A program made the position numbers and the translations under genes. From Amoebophrya sp. A120 (taxonomy: Eukaryota > Protista > Dinoflagellata): 64,000 bases of DNA. A model generated the notes under the pieces. That model saw only the letters and a list, made by a program, of their open reading frames with translations. It was not told where the DNA came from and searched no databases. The stretch is taken from contig CAJINV010000001.1 in NCBI GenBank assembly GCA_905178155.1, positions 9,445,865 to 9,509,864 of the forward strand. The letters run 5' to 3'. Each line of letters starts with the position of its first letter. Positions within the stretch are counted from its first letter, which is position 1. This document shows positions 12,641 to 25,408 of the stretch, piece by piece.

Positions 12641-13458
12641 CACGTCGCGTCGACATGAATGCCTGTGTGACGAGAGTGACGCTAGCGATCCGGACTCTCG
12701 TACCCGCAGAAACGCCAAACAAAGAACATATCTTTTCCATGCACCTGCACATACTGCGCTGAGCCCGAAGTCGATCCGTCCTGAACATGTCGTGTTGTCT
12801 TTGTCCAGTGAAGATGCAATTTGTTGTGATTCGTCGAAACGTGGTGGTGGTGCTGCCTAGACCTAGTATGGGTATGACATTGTTCTGCAAGTATCTACCC
12901 AACGCCGATGGACGGATCTTGCTTTGTGCACGACGTGCAGAGGGCGATGCGTCTGCTTTGCATCTTCCCCATGTTCGAGACGTCGACAAAGTGTTATCTA
13001 GTGTTGAAGATCTATTCATTGTATTTCTAAGTACTTGTTTACGATTTTGAAACTGATCGTGATCATCTCCATCTGCTTTACAACCTGCTTGCGTTTATGA
13101 AGTTTGACTGTGGTGTTGTCATCTCTGCCTCGGACGTGGTTTGATGTGATGTGTGTCGTTCATCTGATTTCCATTTCAATCACAATGAAGATGAACTAGA
13201 TGGTCATTCTATCCCCGCCCCGCTCAAATATCTTTCTCTCGCTCTTTCACGGGAAGCGCAGAAGATACGTGAAGATGTACTGATCGACAACAGGAGAATA
13301 ATGGATCAGTTAGGTGGATGGAATCAATAGGATGATCATCATGAAGGGCGCGCTAGCGTCGACGTTGCGCATTTGAGGGTGCAACAAGAAATCGAAACAA
13401 ATGGCCTCGCTGCGCAAGTGCGAGAAGAAATAGATATAATTCGGAAAACCCGACCAAA

Positions 13459-16400
13459 ATGCCGTCGCAAGTAGAGCGCGGACATCACGGAGGCACTGTA
13501 TGCGTAGCGCGAATCCATGCACTTTTTCCGATCACCAGCGAGTTCCTGGTCAAACTTCAGTGCAACTTGGGGCTAGTTCTGACAGCCAAATGCGAACAGG
13601 CCAGTTCGTGCAACTCGGTCTTCCCGTTCACGGCGCTTCTCCGTTGTGATCTCAGAAACTGGAGAATTTCAAAGCACGAGTCCACCCCGAGCTCTGCCGA
13701 GAACAATGGCGGTTTCGCCTTTTTCCAACACCTTGCTGATGCCGCCAACACGTTGTTTCTTCGAGAAACAGAATCGCTGCTTCGCAGGCGTGAAGCTCTC
13801 CAGGACAGCAGAGTGGAAAAGTTTGATACGTCGGGAGAAAATTCCTTTGCTGGAGGTGGTGCAGGAGCTACTGGTACAGTTGCTTCAGCGACCACAAAGG
13901 CAAACATATCCGGACCGTATGTGCCAGGGAGGCGGCAGTACGTCTGGGTGTCTGATGAATCGGGGCAGGTGCAGCTTTCTTCCGTCGATGGCCCAGCTGT
14001 TCCAGGTGGGTTTGTATCTAGCTACGAAGGTGCACCACATACGTGCACAGGAGGCGGTCGAAAGAAAAAAGGACAGAATTGGTTTGAGCTTACCAGCCCG
14101 CTAAGTGTTGGATACCTGACGTCGACATGTGACTACATCGAGTCTCGCCCCCCTCCGGGCGACGCGAAAAGAGGCGAACATCAGAAAAGCGCGCTCTGTT
14201 TCAACAACAGTTGCGTTGCATGGCTTTCGCCCACTTCTCCGCAAATCAGGATTTCCTTTCGGCTTGCGACGCATTGCTACAACGACTCGGAGCCCTTTTT
14301 GAGACCGCGAAAAGCTGCTCTGTCGGGCCGCTTCCTTGACGCCGCGGATGGCGGTAAGTCACCGCAGGAGAAGGGCTGGCTCAAAAAGATTACTGGATTA
14401 TTTTCGTCTTTCTCTCCTGAAACAGACGAGGAGGAGGGCCGACGTCTGCAAGAAGACGGTACGGGAGCCGGCATAGGTGGTGGAGAGGACGACGAACAGG
14501 ATCTTCCGTTTTGGAGCATTATCGAAATGCGTGATGTAGTCGCGGCGTTTACTGGATCGTCAGAACAAGTGATCGGCGAACGTCGTGGTGCCACGAAAAC
14601 GAATAAGAAAACCACCACCAGGGCGGGAGGATACGAACTCGTGCTGGTCCTGCGGCGACCGCCGGACTTTCTGTACGAGGTGCAAGTCAAGGAGAAGACG
14701 AAAAAGATGCCCGCTTGCTTAGGGGAGGAGTTTTCTTTTTTTTTCGGACAGAATTTCTGTTATCGGCTGGAATTATCGTCGCATGCTGAACTTCTAGCCG
14801 TTATCCAAGTCCTGCGGCAGAACCTAGTCCTGATTTTGTGCGGTGCGTCATCATTGGCGAAATCTCCAAAACTCCCGTCATCGTCCACTGTCGGAAACAC
14901 GACGGACAGCTGTGCAACGCTTGCCCCTTGTTCCAGAGAAAATGATTTCGACCTGCTCGAGGGTGATGTGGAAACGCAGTGGGTGTACGCGGAGCTTCGC
15001 TCGGAATACCCTTGGCTTGCACCGCAAATCCAAGCCGCCCTTCTACACATCAACCTCAATAATTCGAACCTGTCGTCCCACGACGAACAGATGAAGCACC
15101 TCCTGTCGATATCCACAAGTAGCACTCCTCCTGGTGTTGGGTTATTTCCGTCGTGCGTTGCCGTCGACTGGGAGAAGTACTTTACTCTGGCGCGAGCAGT
15201 CGAGCAATACTTGATAGCTTTTTTTGGAGGTTCTTGCACCTCCTCCGGACGCATCGTCGATCTGTCGCAGCGCATTTTTTCCGTGTACCCACCAGGCGCG
15301 GCGTGTACCCAGGAGCACGAACAAGATCACACTTCGACTCCAGATCTAGGCATGGGTGATGGACCGCGACCATCTCATGATATGTGTCACGAGCACGACA
15401 CGTCACCGTCAGGCTCTGCAAGAGGTATTGCGCAGCTAAATTCGAGAAGCTTTCGTTCGGCTGAAGCGGACGAGCGACTCTCGGCGTTGCCGGATGCCGA
15501 CAGCGCATGGACACTCGGAGTCGTGATCACACCGACAAGAGTTCTGTTCGGACCGCCACAGGCCATGCTGGCGAACCGTTTGCTGCGAGAATATGGAGAC
15601 CGCGTTTCTTTCCTTCGTGTGAGTTTCTGCTCGGAAAATCTGGACGAACTAAACGACGCGGAACAGCTAAACGAATGCATCAGCCGTGTATTCGAGGGCG
15701 GAATCAGAATCGGCTCCCGGCGGTACCGGCTTCTAGGGTGGAGCAACTCGCAAATGCGGGGCCGCTCGTGCTGGTTTTACCACAGTGCTTCCGTGACCGT
15801 GGACCAGATTCGACGCTGGGTGGGGAACCTAGACGCCGTGTACGCAAAGGGCGGGATTGCGAAGTACGCCAGTCGTCTGGCCTTGGCGTTCTCCAGCAGT
15901 CGGCCGACGGTGCGAGTTTCGCGGAGTGCTCTTGCCACGCTCCCGGACGTAGAACGGAACGGGTTCTGCTTCACCGACGGTAGCGGCCAAATTACGCTCT
16001 CGTTCGCACGGCTACTCGCAGAAAAGTTGCAACTTCCGTCCTTTTTGCAACAGCATCCTCCCAGCGCGTATCAGATCCGGTTTGGCGGCGCCAAGGGTGT
16101 GCTAGTGGTGAATCCGTCTCTGCCGGATGGCGGATGCCACCCGCAAATCTACTTGCGGCCCAGTCAGGTGAAGTTCGAATCCGAGTACTCCATGATGGAG
16201 GTGCTCAGCTATGCGAAGCCGACCGACTGCTACCTGAATCAGCAAATTGTGCTCCTACTTTGCTCCTGTCGGGTGCCCGAGCAGGCGTTTCTGCGGGTTG
16301 TGGAGCGTGGGCTGGAGGAAAAGGCGCGGACGCTACTCGAACCGCTTGCGTCCGCGGCCTACCTTCGCCGGGTAGGCTTTAACATTCCTGCCAGCGCTGT

Positions 16401-18861
16401 CTCCGACGCACAGGGCGGCTTTGATCCGCTCGTAGAACCATTTTTCTCAAGGCTGCTGCAAAACCACTACCGGGCCGAAGCACGCAAGATTCGCAAACGG
16501 ACAGCGGTGCGCGTGGCTAAGGGCAGAACTCTTTTGGGCATTCCTGATGACTTCGGTGTTCTGCGGGAAAACGAGGTGTTTGTGCGGATCACCAAACCTG
16601 ACCATCTGCGGCCACATGAAGCGAGCGCGGTCGAGCACATTGACGGGCCGCTCTCAGCTTGCGAGGTAATTCGCGGACCTGTAACGGTGACGAAGAATCC
16701 ATGCCTTCACCCCGGCGACATACGCCTCCCAACTGCCGTGGATGGAGAAGAAGTGAGGCAAAAGCTCGGCCATTTGCGGGACGTCGTCGTGTTCTCGACC
16801 GAGGGGGACCGGGACATGCCCAACAAAATCGCGGGATCGGATCTGGATGGTGACATGTATCACGTTTGCTGGGAGCCCTCGTTGCGCCCACAAGTCATCC
16901 ACGACCCAATGGACTATTCGGAAAGTACCAACGAGCCGCTGCGGCCCGACGAGGATGAGACATTAGAGGACCAGCTGCGGGAGTACTTCAAACGCTCCTG
17001 CTCTAGCGCCTCCCTCGGCCAGATTGCAAACGCCCACAAGGTCTTCGCCGACATGGAAGGTGCGGAATGTAAAAAGTCGCTCGCACTTGCGCGGTGCCAC
17101 TCCGATGCAGTGGACTTTCCAAAAACCGGCGTTCCGGCCCAGGTGCCCGATGATTGTCGTCCGAAAGAATGGCCTGACTTCATGGAGAAAACGGACAAAG
17201 TCACGGTACACCGCGACACAACGCTCCAAAAATGCACCGATATCTGCCCACGATGCCCTGAGGAGATCGAGCTTCCAGAAGAGGAAATGGAAGAGCCTGC
17301 GAGTTCCACCGACCCAACCGAGGAAAAAGTAGATGTAGAAGACGTTGATGAACGACACAATCACGAACACGAGCGCCAATCCAACTCTCCGGACGGCAAG
17401 AAGAATACTCCCCTTGGAACGACCACGCCGTCACCCTTGCAAGTGATCGAGAGCAAGAGTAGCCGCGATAACACGAAATCGCCGGCAGATGAAGCAGCAT
17501 CCGCTGAACAAGCGAGGATCCAGAAGCAGCGCGCAAAGTACTACTTCGGCCGACGCGGCATCCAGGTTGACCGGCAGTTTCTGTACCCGGGGTATTCGGA
17601 ACACCTGAATACAGCGGAAGCCTACTACCAGATGTACGAGCAAGAGGTAATGCAGATTCTTCGCGTGTTTCGCCTGCGCCACGAAGCCGAGCTTTTTGAC
17701 CATGCCAATCCAAGGGACGGGATTTCTCGGCGGGAAAGACACAAGTTAAAGGACGTGCTCCGGGCACGTGTGCGTCAGCTGAGGAATAAGTTTCTCGATG
17801 CGTTTCACGACATCTCTGAACACCTGGCCGGCATCGATGCCGCGGTGAGCCTGCACCTGTCTGAAACAGCTACCGCATCGGAGAGTCCGACGCAGACCGC
17901 GAAACGGCGCCAGGACGTACAGCAGTCGCTTGTCGTGGACGTGCGACGCAAACGGGCTGCAGCCTGGTACTTCGTAGCGTATAAGAATAGGCTTTGGGCC
18001 GCCGGGAAGAAGCGGAACCTTCTGAGTTTTGGTTGGATCGGCGCTGAGTTCTTGTTGCAGAATTGGTGCGCGAACAAAACGGCTGTCGCGACGTTACGCA
18101 CACGGCAACTGACCTACATCCATGCGGGCATCGCGGGTAGCCTGCTCGACGTCTGGGCACGAGGGAATCTTTGTCAGGGCTGGAAGAATGTTTTGTCAGG
18201 TTTTATCTCGGAGCTGCACCAGAAAACTTCGCTCCGAGTGCAGACCGTGTACAGCAGTCTCTTCGGTTCTTTCTTTAGCCACAATCGCGACCGCGTGGCA
18301 CCAGCAGAGCTGTCGAGACCAGCTATCCTACTTGCCGTTTCTCCCTCTACTGGACTGCAGGGCGAGGATATCCGCAAACAAGCTCTGGCACAGCTTCAGC
18401 GTCTTGACCCAACGGCACATCAGGAACCGTTAGACAATGCCGCTTTTCGTCTTCCGAAAATCAATTGCGGGGTGACTCTCGCGAAGTCCGCCGTCGGTCT
18501 AAACAACGTGGGTCACGTGCTTGCGCGCCTTCTTCTAAACCACCCTGCGGGCTCCCACGTTCCAGTACTAGCTCAGACTATCGCTGTGTGGGCTACGACC
18601 CTACGTTTGCTCTCTGCAGACGAGGTGTGGTTTCTGTTTCTGGTGCTGCTCTTCACCGCCGCGGACCACGCTGGGACAGAAGACGCCATCGGCCCCGCCC
18701 TTCTCACTGAGAACGATCTGACGGAGCACTCCAACGAAATACAGGCATTCGCGGCGAAGTTGGAGCACCATGAGAAAACCATCGCAGCATATGAACGGCG
18801 GTCATCCCCAAGTAGTACAAATGAAAATGGCGATGTTAATGAACAAGCTGCTAGTGCTGAT
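13459..18861 (+). CDS. Eukaryotic cellular RNA-dependent RNA polymerase (RNAi RdRP); probably the N-terminal exon of a larger fusion gene
   Basis: LGWSNSQMR, FTDGSG, PSAYQIRFGGAKGVL, KNPCLHPGDIR, catalytic GSDLDGD, AVDFPKTG, PDFMEK. The ORF's final residues (VTKCVRARAQ...) are read-through into the TIR element starting at 18863. Start codon uncertain. Confidence 0.93.
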
Positions 18862-18862
18862 C

Positions 18863-19944
18863 TGGTAACCAAATGCGTGCGCGCGCGCGCGCAGAGCGCG
18901 CGCCGGCCCACGAAGCCGGCGCGCGCGCTCTGCGCGCTTGCGATATTGCTTAGCAAACGCAGCGCGAAGGCAGTTGCCGTTACCATATAGGGCAACCGCC
19001 GGGAGGCGTGAAGGTCAGGGAAATGGCCAGAAATGAAGCGGGAGAAGGGAAAAAAAGTGGACCAGATGGGAAAATGGCCAGGAGGTCAAAAATGTCGCAA
19101 AAACGGCAGAAACCAAGCGGGAGAAGGTGCAAAAAGAGCATTTTTGCGGTTTGGCCCACTTGATATCTGAAAAAGAGACGGACTGTTTTTTGCTCCGCCC
19201 GCTGGCCAGCTGCGTTGGAGAAGCAGGCCCGCGACCTGTCCGGAAGCCTTGGGCCGCTTGATACGTGAAAAAAGTTGGAAAAAAATGACAAAAAATTGCT
19301 TCATAACGTGGGTGGAAGCAATCGTCGGATTTTGTGCAGATCACCCGGGCCACTTGAGAAGTGAAAAAAGATGAGAAATTGCGCAAAAGCCCAATCCCTC
19401 CGCAGGCTTCGAAATTGCCAGTCAGCTGCGGTCGGTGAAAATGTGCAGGTCCCCCGGGCCACTTAGAAACCAGAAAAAAACGCGAAAATTAAAAGAAATC
19501 GAGAACCCCCGGCAGGCTTAGAAACTGGCCACCAAGGGCGGTCCGGCGGGCGCGCGCTTGCGCCGTACCATCGCGATTGGGAAAAAAAAACCGCACTAGA
19601 AGCGGGCGGAGGGATGTCACAAAATCCCTGTTTGCCCGGGGTTGGGGGCACAAATTCGGCACCTCCGCCGCGTCTGAAATGCCCGATTTTGGTGGCCCGG
19701 AAGGGTCCGCGGATATTCGGCTTTCCACATACCTTCTTGGCCAGGGGGCCAGTTTGTCATGCAGGGGGCTAGAAAGGATGCCCCGCTGCGAAATAGCAGA
19801 CCGGATTTCGCCTTCAATGCTTATCGCAGGAGCCTGCGGGCCGCCGCGGGCGACAGTAGTTGTCCGCGGCCCTTTAGGGCCGCGGGGAAGTGGTGGAGCC
19901 CGCTTTCGCGCTGGTTAGATTTTCGCGCACGCATTTGGTTACCA
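18863..19944. mobile_element. 1,082-bp TIR element, probable non-canonical intron (TGGTAACC...GGTTACCA)
   Basis: Perfect 21-bp inverted repeats TGGTAACCAAATGCGTGCGCG (18863-18883) and CGCGCACGCATTTGGTTACCA (19924-19944). Internal GC hairpins and ~100-bp-period repeats. No credible coding ORF. Removing the element plus 1 nt joins the RdRP and helicase frames. Confidence 0.85.
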
Positions 19945-22900
19945 ATATCGCCCTCCGGGCGCGATCTTCATACGAGCAGTCGGTCAGTCAACCCCGTAAG
20001 CCTGGCCGAAATGTGGCTCTCCTTTCTGACCACCCTTGCGCGACTTTCGGACAGTGATGAATTGGTGCAGCGCGAAGCAGATGCAAACGCGACACGAAAC
20101 GATGAAACGCCTGTGGGTGCCAGGACACACGACACTGTGTCGACAAAGGAGCTTGACAAAATCGGCAATTATGTTCAGGCGCAGGGATTGCAGGATTTGT
20201 TCGACAAGAGTTGGCCGTGGTGGAAGCAGAACTGCAACAAGTGTTGTAGCCCCGCCTCTTCTGGAAGACTTAGAGTTCGGCTTCGGTTTCGCGAGGAAGC
20301 GAAGGTACATCGAGCAGCAGTTCGCGCGAAACAGCAAGCCCTCGCTGACCAGTCGATCCTGATGGAGCCAGGAGATCACCACTACAAGCGTTTCGTGTTC
20401 CGAAAGCCACGACCCGAGGAGTACGATCTACTTATTCAGCAAGTAAAAAGCGCAGCCGCGCCCGGTCGAGTGCTTGAAGCGATGCCGTCTCGGCACGGTG
20501 ACAGTCTTGTCATCTCCGTGCGAGCCCCGCGCGCACAGCTCCTCAATGTCACGGAAATGCACTTTCGCGTGGAGCGCAAGCCGTCTGCGCGCAGCGCCAT
20601 CGCTCTACGGGAGAGCGACCCTTTCGTAAGCTCGGCCGATTTGTATCGGGAACGCCAAGTCCTGCGCGAAACCGTGCGGGCTAACCCGGTAACCATCATT
20701 GACTCGGAGACGGGATCGGGGAAAACGTCTTTGGTGCCGCTTCTGCTAGCCGCTGAGGAAGGTCAAGGGGAGCTACGTCGCGTTCTTTGCACCCAGGTTT
20801 ACAAATTGTGTAACAAGCTATGGCTCTTGTCCCAAGTGGCAATGGTCTCTTGCTTTTTTTGAAGGCTAAACTCGCCGGAGCTGTTGCATTTATGTTTTTC
20901 TTTTTTGTGTACGTCTACGTGTACAAGAAATGCAAGACCAAGTAGATAACTCTATAAGTACACCACGAATGCCAGGTTCGCCGAATTGCTACGGAGTCGG
21001 CAGCGCTCCGCGCAGTAGATCTTACGCACTCCGCCGAACTAGGTCGGGACATTGGATATCAGATCGGCGGGAAGAGTCTCGTCGGTAGAGGAACATCGAT
21101 CGTCTATTGTATTGACGCCATTGCCATGATGACGGCCCTGCAGGACGGGTGCACACTGGGCTACACGCACGTGATTGTGGACGAAGTTCACACTAGAACA
21201 CACTACACCGATCTGTTGCTCGCCGCACTGAAGCACTTTCACCTTTGCAAGAGCCCGCACCTCCGCATCGTCATTATGTCGGCCAGTGCAGACACGGGGC
21301 GGATGGCAGCGTACTTTCAAACAACCACGGGAAAGCCCGCGGCAATTTTTCGCTCATCTTCAGGCCAACGATTCCCGATCGAAGAGAGATACTTGGACGA
21401 TATCCGCAACGGGACAAAGGCAGACGGCGATCCTGGAAGGCAACTGTATTCGGCGTCGGTGCACAATGTGGGTGCAAAACTCCCACCGTTTTGGTATTTT
21501 CTGGAATGGGTAGACAGACTTCTTGCAAAGAAGGTGATCAAGAAAAACTCTCGGGTCCTAGTTTTCCTTCCCGGGCGACGCGAGATCGACGAGTGCGCGC
21601 ACTTCCTGCGATTTTTGAACGGCACGCACGTCGCAACACTGTTTGGCGGGGTCCCAGTGGAGCAGCAACACGAGATCATCCGAGACTTGCCGACAAACGC
21701 GCCCGCTTTCATACTCGCGACCGACGTGGTCGAGACGAGCGTGACCATCGCAGACTGCGATCATGTGATCGATTTTTGCCGACACAAGCGGCTCCGCGAA
21801 CAACCGGGGTCGGTGCAGCCGCAGCTCACCCTGGAACTGATCGCGCAGGCCGAGGCCAAGCAGCGGAAGGGCCGCACCGGTCGGACCACGCCCGGTACCG
21901 TGCACCGTCTGGTGACGAAGGCGCAGTGGGAACGGCTACTGGAGTTCCCGGAGCCAGAGATTCAGTCTATGCGCGTCGCGGACGTCCTGCTGATGCTGCA
22001 AGACCTTCTTCCCAACTCGCTGGATCCGCGCACTTTCCTCACCGATTCGCAGTATCTTTTGAGTCCGATCAACAAGAAGGGCGTCGACCAAGGCTATCAG
22101 GCTTTGGAAGAGGCGGGCGCGTTTTTGCTGTCCAAGACCGGAAGCCGGCGTGGCGTCTCATCGCTTGGGCGGCTGATGACGGAACTCTACACGGACATCG
22201 AGTATGTGCAGCTCGTCGTGAATGGCCTGCACTTCGGTCTCGTCGCCGACGCGGTCCTCCTCGCCGCGGTGTTGCGTCACGGGAGTCCTTTTCTCGAGGA
22301 CAGCATCATCGAAGCACCGGCCGAGCGGGTCCGCCTCATCCACCTAAAGCGCGCCTGCTGCGCATTCTCGAGTGACGTTCTGCACCGCTGGGGCGCGGTG
22401 AAAGCCTGGCGGCAGTACAATCTCGAGCGGTGGCGGTGGCGAAACGAGCGATCTCGTTTCGAGCAAACAAACTCACGGTCACTCCCCAGCAAAACTCAAG
22501 TAGAAGCACCATCGGCAACGACAGGACCGCCGAATCTGCCGTCTCGGAAACATACTACGCAAGAGCAGCACAACTCAGCGAGTCTTTTCGCAGCGGCAAG
22601 GAACAACCCAGGCTCCCGAACAGCAACTGGAGTGGGAGACCAGATGCCGTCGAAGCCTGCGCTGGAGTTTCAAATACCCAAGACGCACACCACTTCCTAC
22701 CGTGAGTGTCCCCTTCCCAGCTTCACAGACGCAGACTTAGCCGAGGAACTTGCCTGGTGTCGACTGCATTCAATCGACAACTCCAAGATGCGCGAAATCG
22801 AGGACACGGCGCGTCAGTTCTACGATGCTCTTATTAAGGTTGGATTTATCTCCGAGGCCGATTTTGAGGAGATGTTCGGGAAGCCGAATGTGCGAGCGGC

Positions 22901-24152
22901 TCTGCAGAAACGCAGTGCGAAGGGTCAGCGTGTACTCCAACGCACCGGCCAGCAACTCACCCAGCAGCACCAAGACATGCTACGATTTGTCAGAAGACAA
23001 GGAAGGACTGCAGCCGAAACGATACCCATCGACGACCCATACACGGCGATATTCATCGGGCACCCGCTGGCAAAAATTGCGCGAACGGGATGTAGCGAAA
23101 ACAGCATCTTCCAGTCTAGTTTCTCGCTCCTGCGCAAACGTGCTTGCATAGAAGAGCGCACTCGTCTAGGCAGCACCTCCGGCAGAGAAGACGCAACATG
23201 GAAACGCGTTCAATCACTACAAAACCACGAAAAACTTTTGCTGTGGCTCCTGGCTTCCAGTTATTTGCCAAATCTGCTCGGCTCGCAGGGAAGCCGCAAC
23301 AATCGCGAGGTGACATTCGAGCTGCGCAAGCAGGCGCGCCGTGGAGAGTACCAGCAAAGGCACGCAGAAGAGCAGTTGGTGCATGTTTTGCGCGCCGCAA
23401 ATCTCAGTGTCGCGGAAAATCTGGGGGAGGGCACCGTCCGGTTCGTGGACTCGGAGACGACGCACACGGCGCGACAGTTCCGAGATACGAAGGTTTTCAC
23501 GCGCGTGGAAGTCGACACCAGTGTGAAAAGCAAGAGACAATGCTACCCGGGCGAGGTGATCCTCGGTCACGACACCTGTTGCGAACTCTCCGGAGAGCAG
23601 CTCCTGATTGCCGCAGTGATGATTCCTGTTGCTGGTGGGCGATTTTTGGCTCGGGAGCTCTCGGCCCTGCCACACGCCGACATGGCAAACGCACTGGTAG
23701 CCGCCATGCACCCAGCATTTGGTGATGCCTCTTCTGCATTTGTGTCGTTCAAGGGCGTTTCCGAAACAATCATGTGCGATGTCACACTGTTTACCCCCGC
23801 AGCGAAGCTTCGGAAGAGCCTTCAGGGGCACGCAAATCTGGCCGAGCGAAACCTGTCCGCTGCAACCGTGACCGAAAGAAGGGCTCTGGTGCTGGAAATC
23901 TGGCAGGAGTGTGAGGCACGGCAGAAGCGCGCACAGCTGAAACCGCAGACAGTGACTCGCTGCATTACCGTGCCAGCTGGCAAGAAAGGGTTTGTCATCG
24001 GAAAGGGAGGGGCAAATCTGCGTTCCATCCAAGACCTCAGCGGCGCCAGAGTCAAAATGCCACCGAAAGGCGATCCCTCGGAAAACGTCATGGTGTCAGG
24101 AACGTCCACACAGGTCGACGAGGCGATAAGGCTGATCGAGAACAAACTGTAA
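19945..24152 (+). CDS. DEAH/RHA-type SF2 RNA helicase with HA2 and C-terminal KH domain; exons 19945..20796 and 20976..24152; likely continuous with the RdRP
   Basis: Motif I SETGSGKT; Ia CTQ|VRRIA across GT-AG intron 20797..20975; GYQIG; II DEVH; III MSAS; IV VFLPG; V ATDVVETSVTI; VI QRKGRTGR; KH domain GFVIGKGGANLRSIQDLSGARV. Confidence 0.92.
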
Positions 24153-24254
24153 AAACAAAAAGATTTACGTTTAAGTCTACCGGCGACGTCAGTCGGGCAG
24201 GAAACTGAATCACCCCCGTTGAATATTTCAGGTTACGGAACACACGAAACGCAT

Positions 24255-24462
24255 ACTTTTTGTCCACAATAGCAATACTGCTCTACCGACGTTTTTGTTT
24301 TTTTCGAGCTCATTCGCCTTGCTCTTGCCCGCTTTTCTTTTCACCCAACGCTGATGATGTAATTATCTATACGCTGAGCTTTTTTATTTTTTCTGTGTAT
24401 GTGTAAGTGTATGATCGTCTCGCTGATGCACCGCCTGTAAAGGCACGTGTGGACAAAAAAGT
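24255..24462. mobile_element. Small MITE-like element downstream of the helicase stop
   Basis: ACTTTTTGTCCACA (24255-24268) and TGTGGACAAAAAAGT (24448-24462) form inverted repeats, flanked by the direct repeat GCAT (24251-24254 and 24463-24466). Confidence 0.6.
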
Positions 24463-25408
24463 GCATGTGCTAAAGGTGTTGCTGCGCAGTCCATATCCAT
24501 AATGATATCAGTTCTTCAATTTTTATTATCGCGTGGAAGTTGTTCCTTCACTCGACAAGAGTGACTCATTCGTTTCAGTTAGGAACTACACTCAAACGCG
24601 CTCATCCGTTCGTTCCCAGAATTATCTGCCGGTACGTGCACGCCTCTGAAGAAGAAGTGGAAGGACGACCACGAAGGATGTATATACGGAAGTGTTGCAC
24701 GGCTTTGGTTTTGTTGTATCAAACACCATCCTTCATCTCCTTAGTGTTCGACCGCACAGAGACGGACGTGCTCTCCTTACCCGCTCGCTCCGCATTTGCA
24801 GTGCGGGTTTTTCTTCAGAAAACCCGCTGAGGCGGATGCACCTGGTGGTGAAGATCATCGTTTCGCAGCGGCATTTCTTCAGCTCTTTTTAATATGAGCA
24901 TGATGATCAAGGTCAAGATCAACTTGATCTACTTTGTGAGGAAACAAATTCACGATTCATTTGTCGGCTGGTGCTGCGCGTAGTTTTTTCGAAGCCAATG
25001 AAGGTCCCGATTTCACGCGCGCTCGTCTTGTGTTTTTATTTTTGAAACCCGAGATCACAACTCGTATATCGTAAATTCCTTGTGATTGTCAATCACAAGG
25101 AAAAATTTACGATTATTTGAGATGTTGCCTTTTTGGCATTAGCACGTTCGCTCGGTTGTAGCTGCTCTAGGGAGATCACGCGGACACGGTGCATGCTCCT
25201 TCTTCATCTTCTTCTTCAAGAATAGCAAGACATTCGGCAACTTAGTTTTATTTAAGTTAGCTAGGACCACCTAGGACGAAAATCACTTCCACATCGAGCT
25301 CAGAAGTATTTACTCACATACACACACGGAAACAAAAACATTCTTTATTGCCATTTTTAGAACTCGAATTGGTAGACAAGCTCGATTTCTACTCTTCATT
25401 TCGCGAAA

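Noticed and set aside
13459-18861. RdRP as an endogenous RNA virus
   Set aside because: The DLDGD double-psi-barrel motifs are the cellular RNAi type, not a viral GDD palm.
19150-19480. Spaced repeats as a CRISPR array
   Set aside because: Repeats are degenerate with ~75-85-nt gaps, the context is eukaryotic, and there are no cas genes.
18980-19918. Short ORFs inside the TIR element as a possible transposase
   Set aside because: Short, Phe/Lys-biased from A/T tracts, and no DDE, HUH or recombinase motifs.
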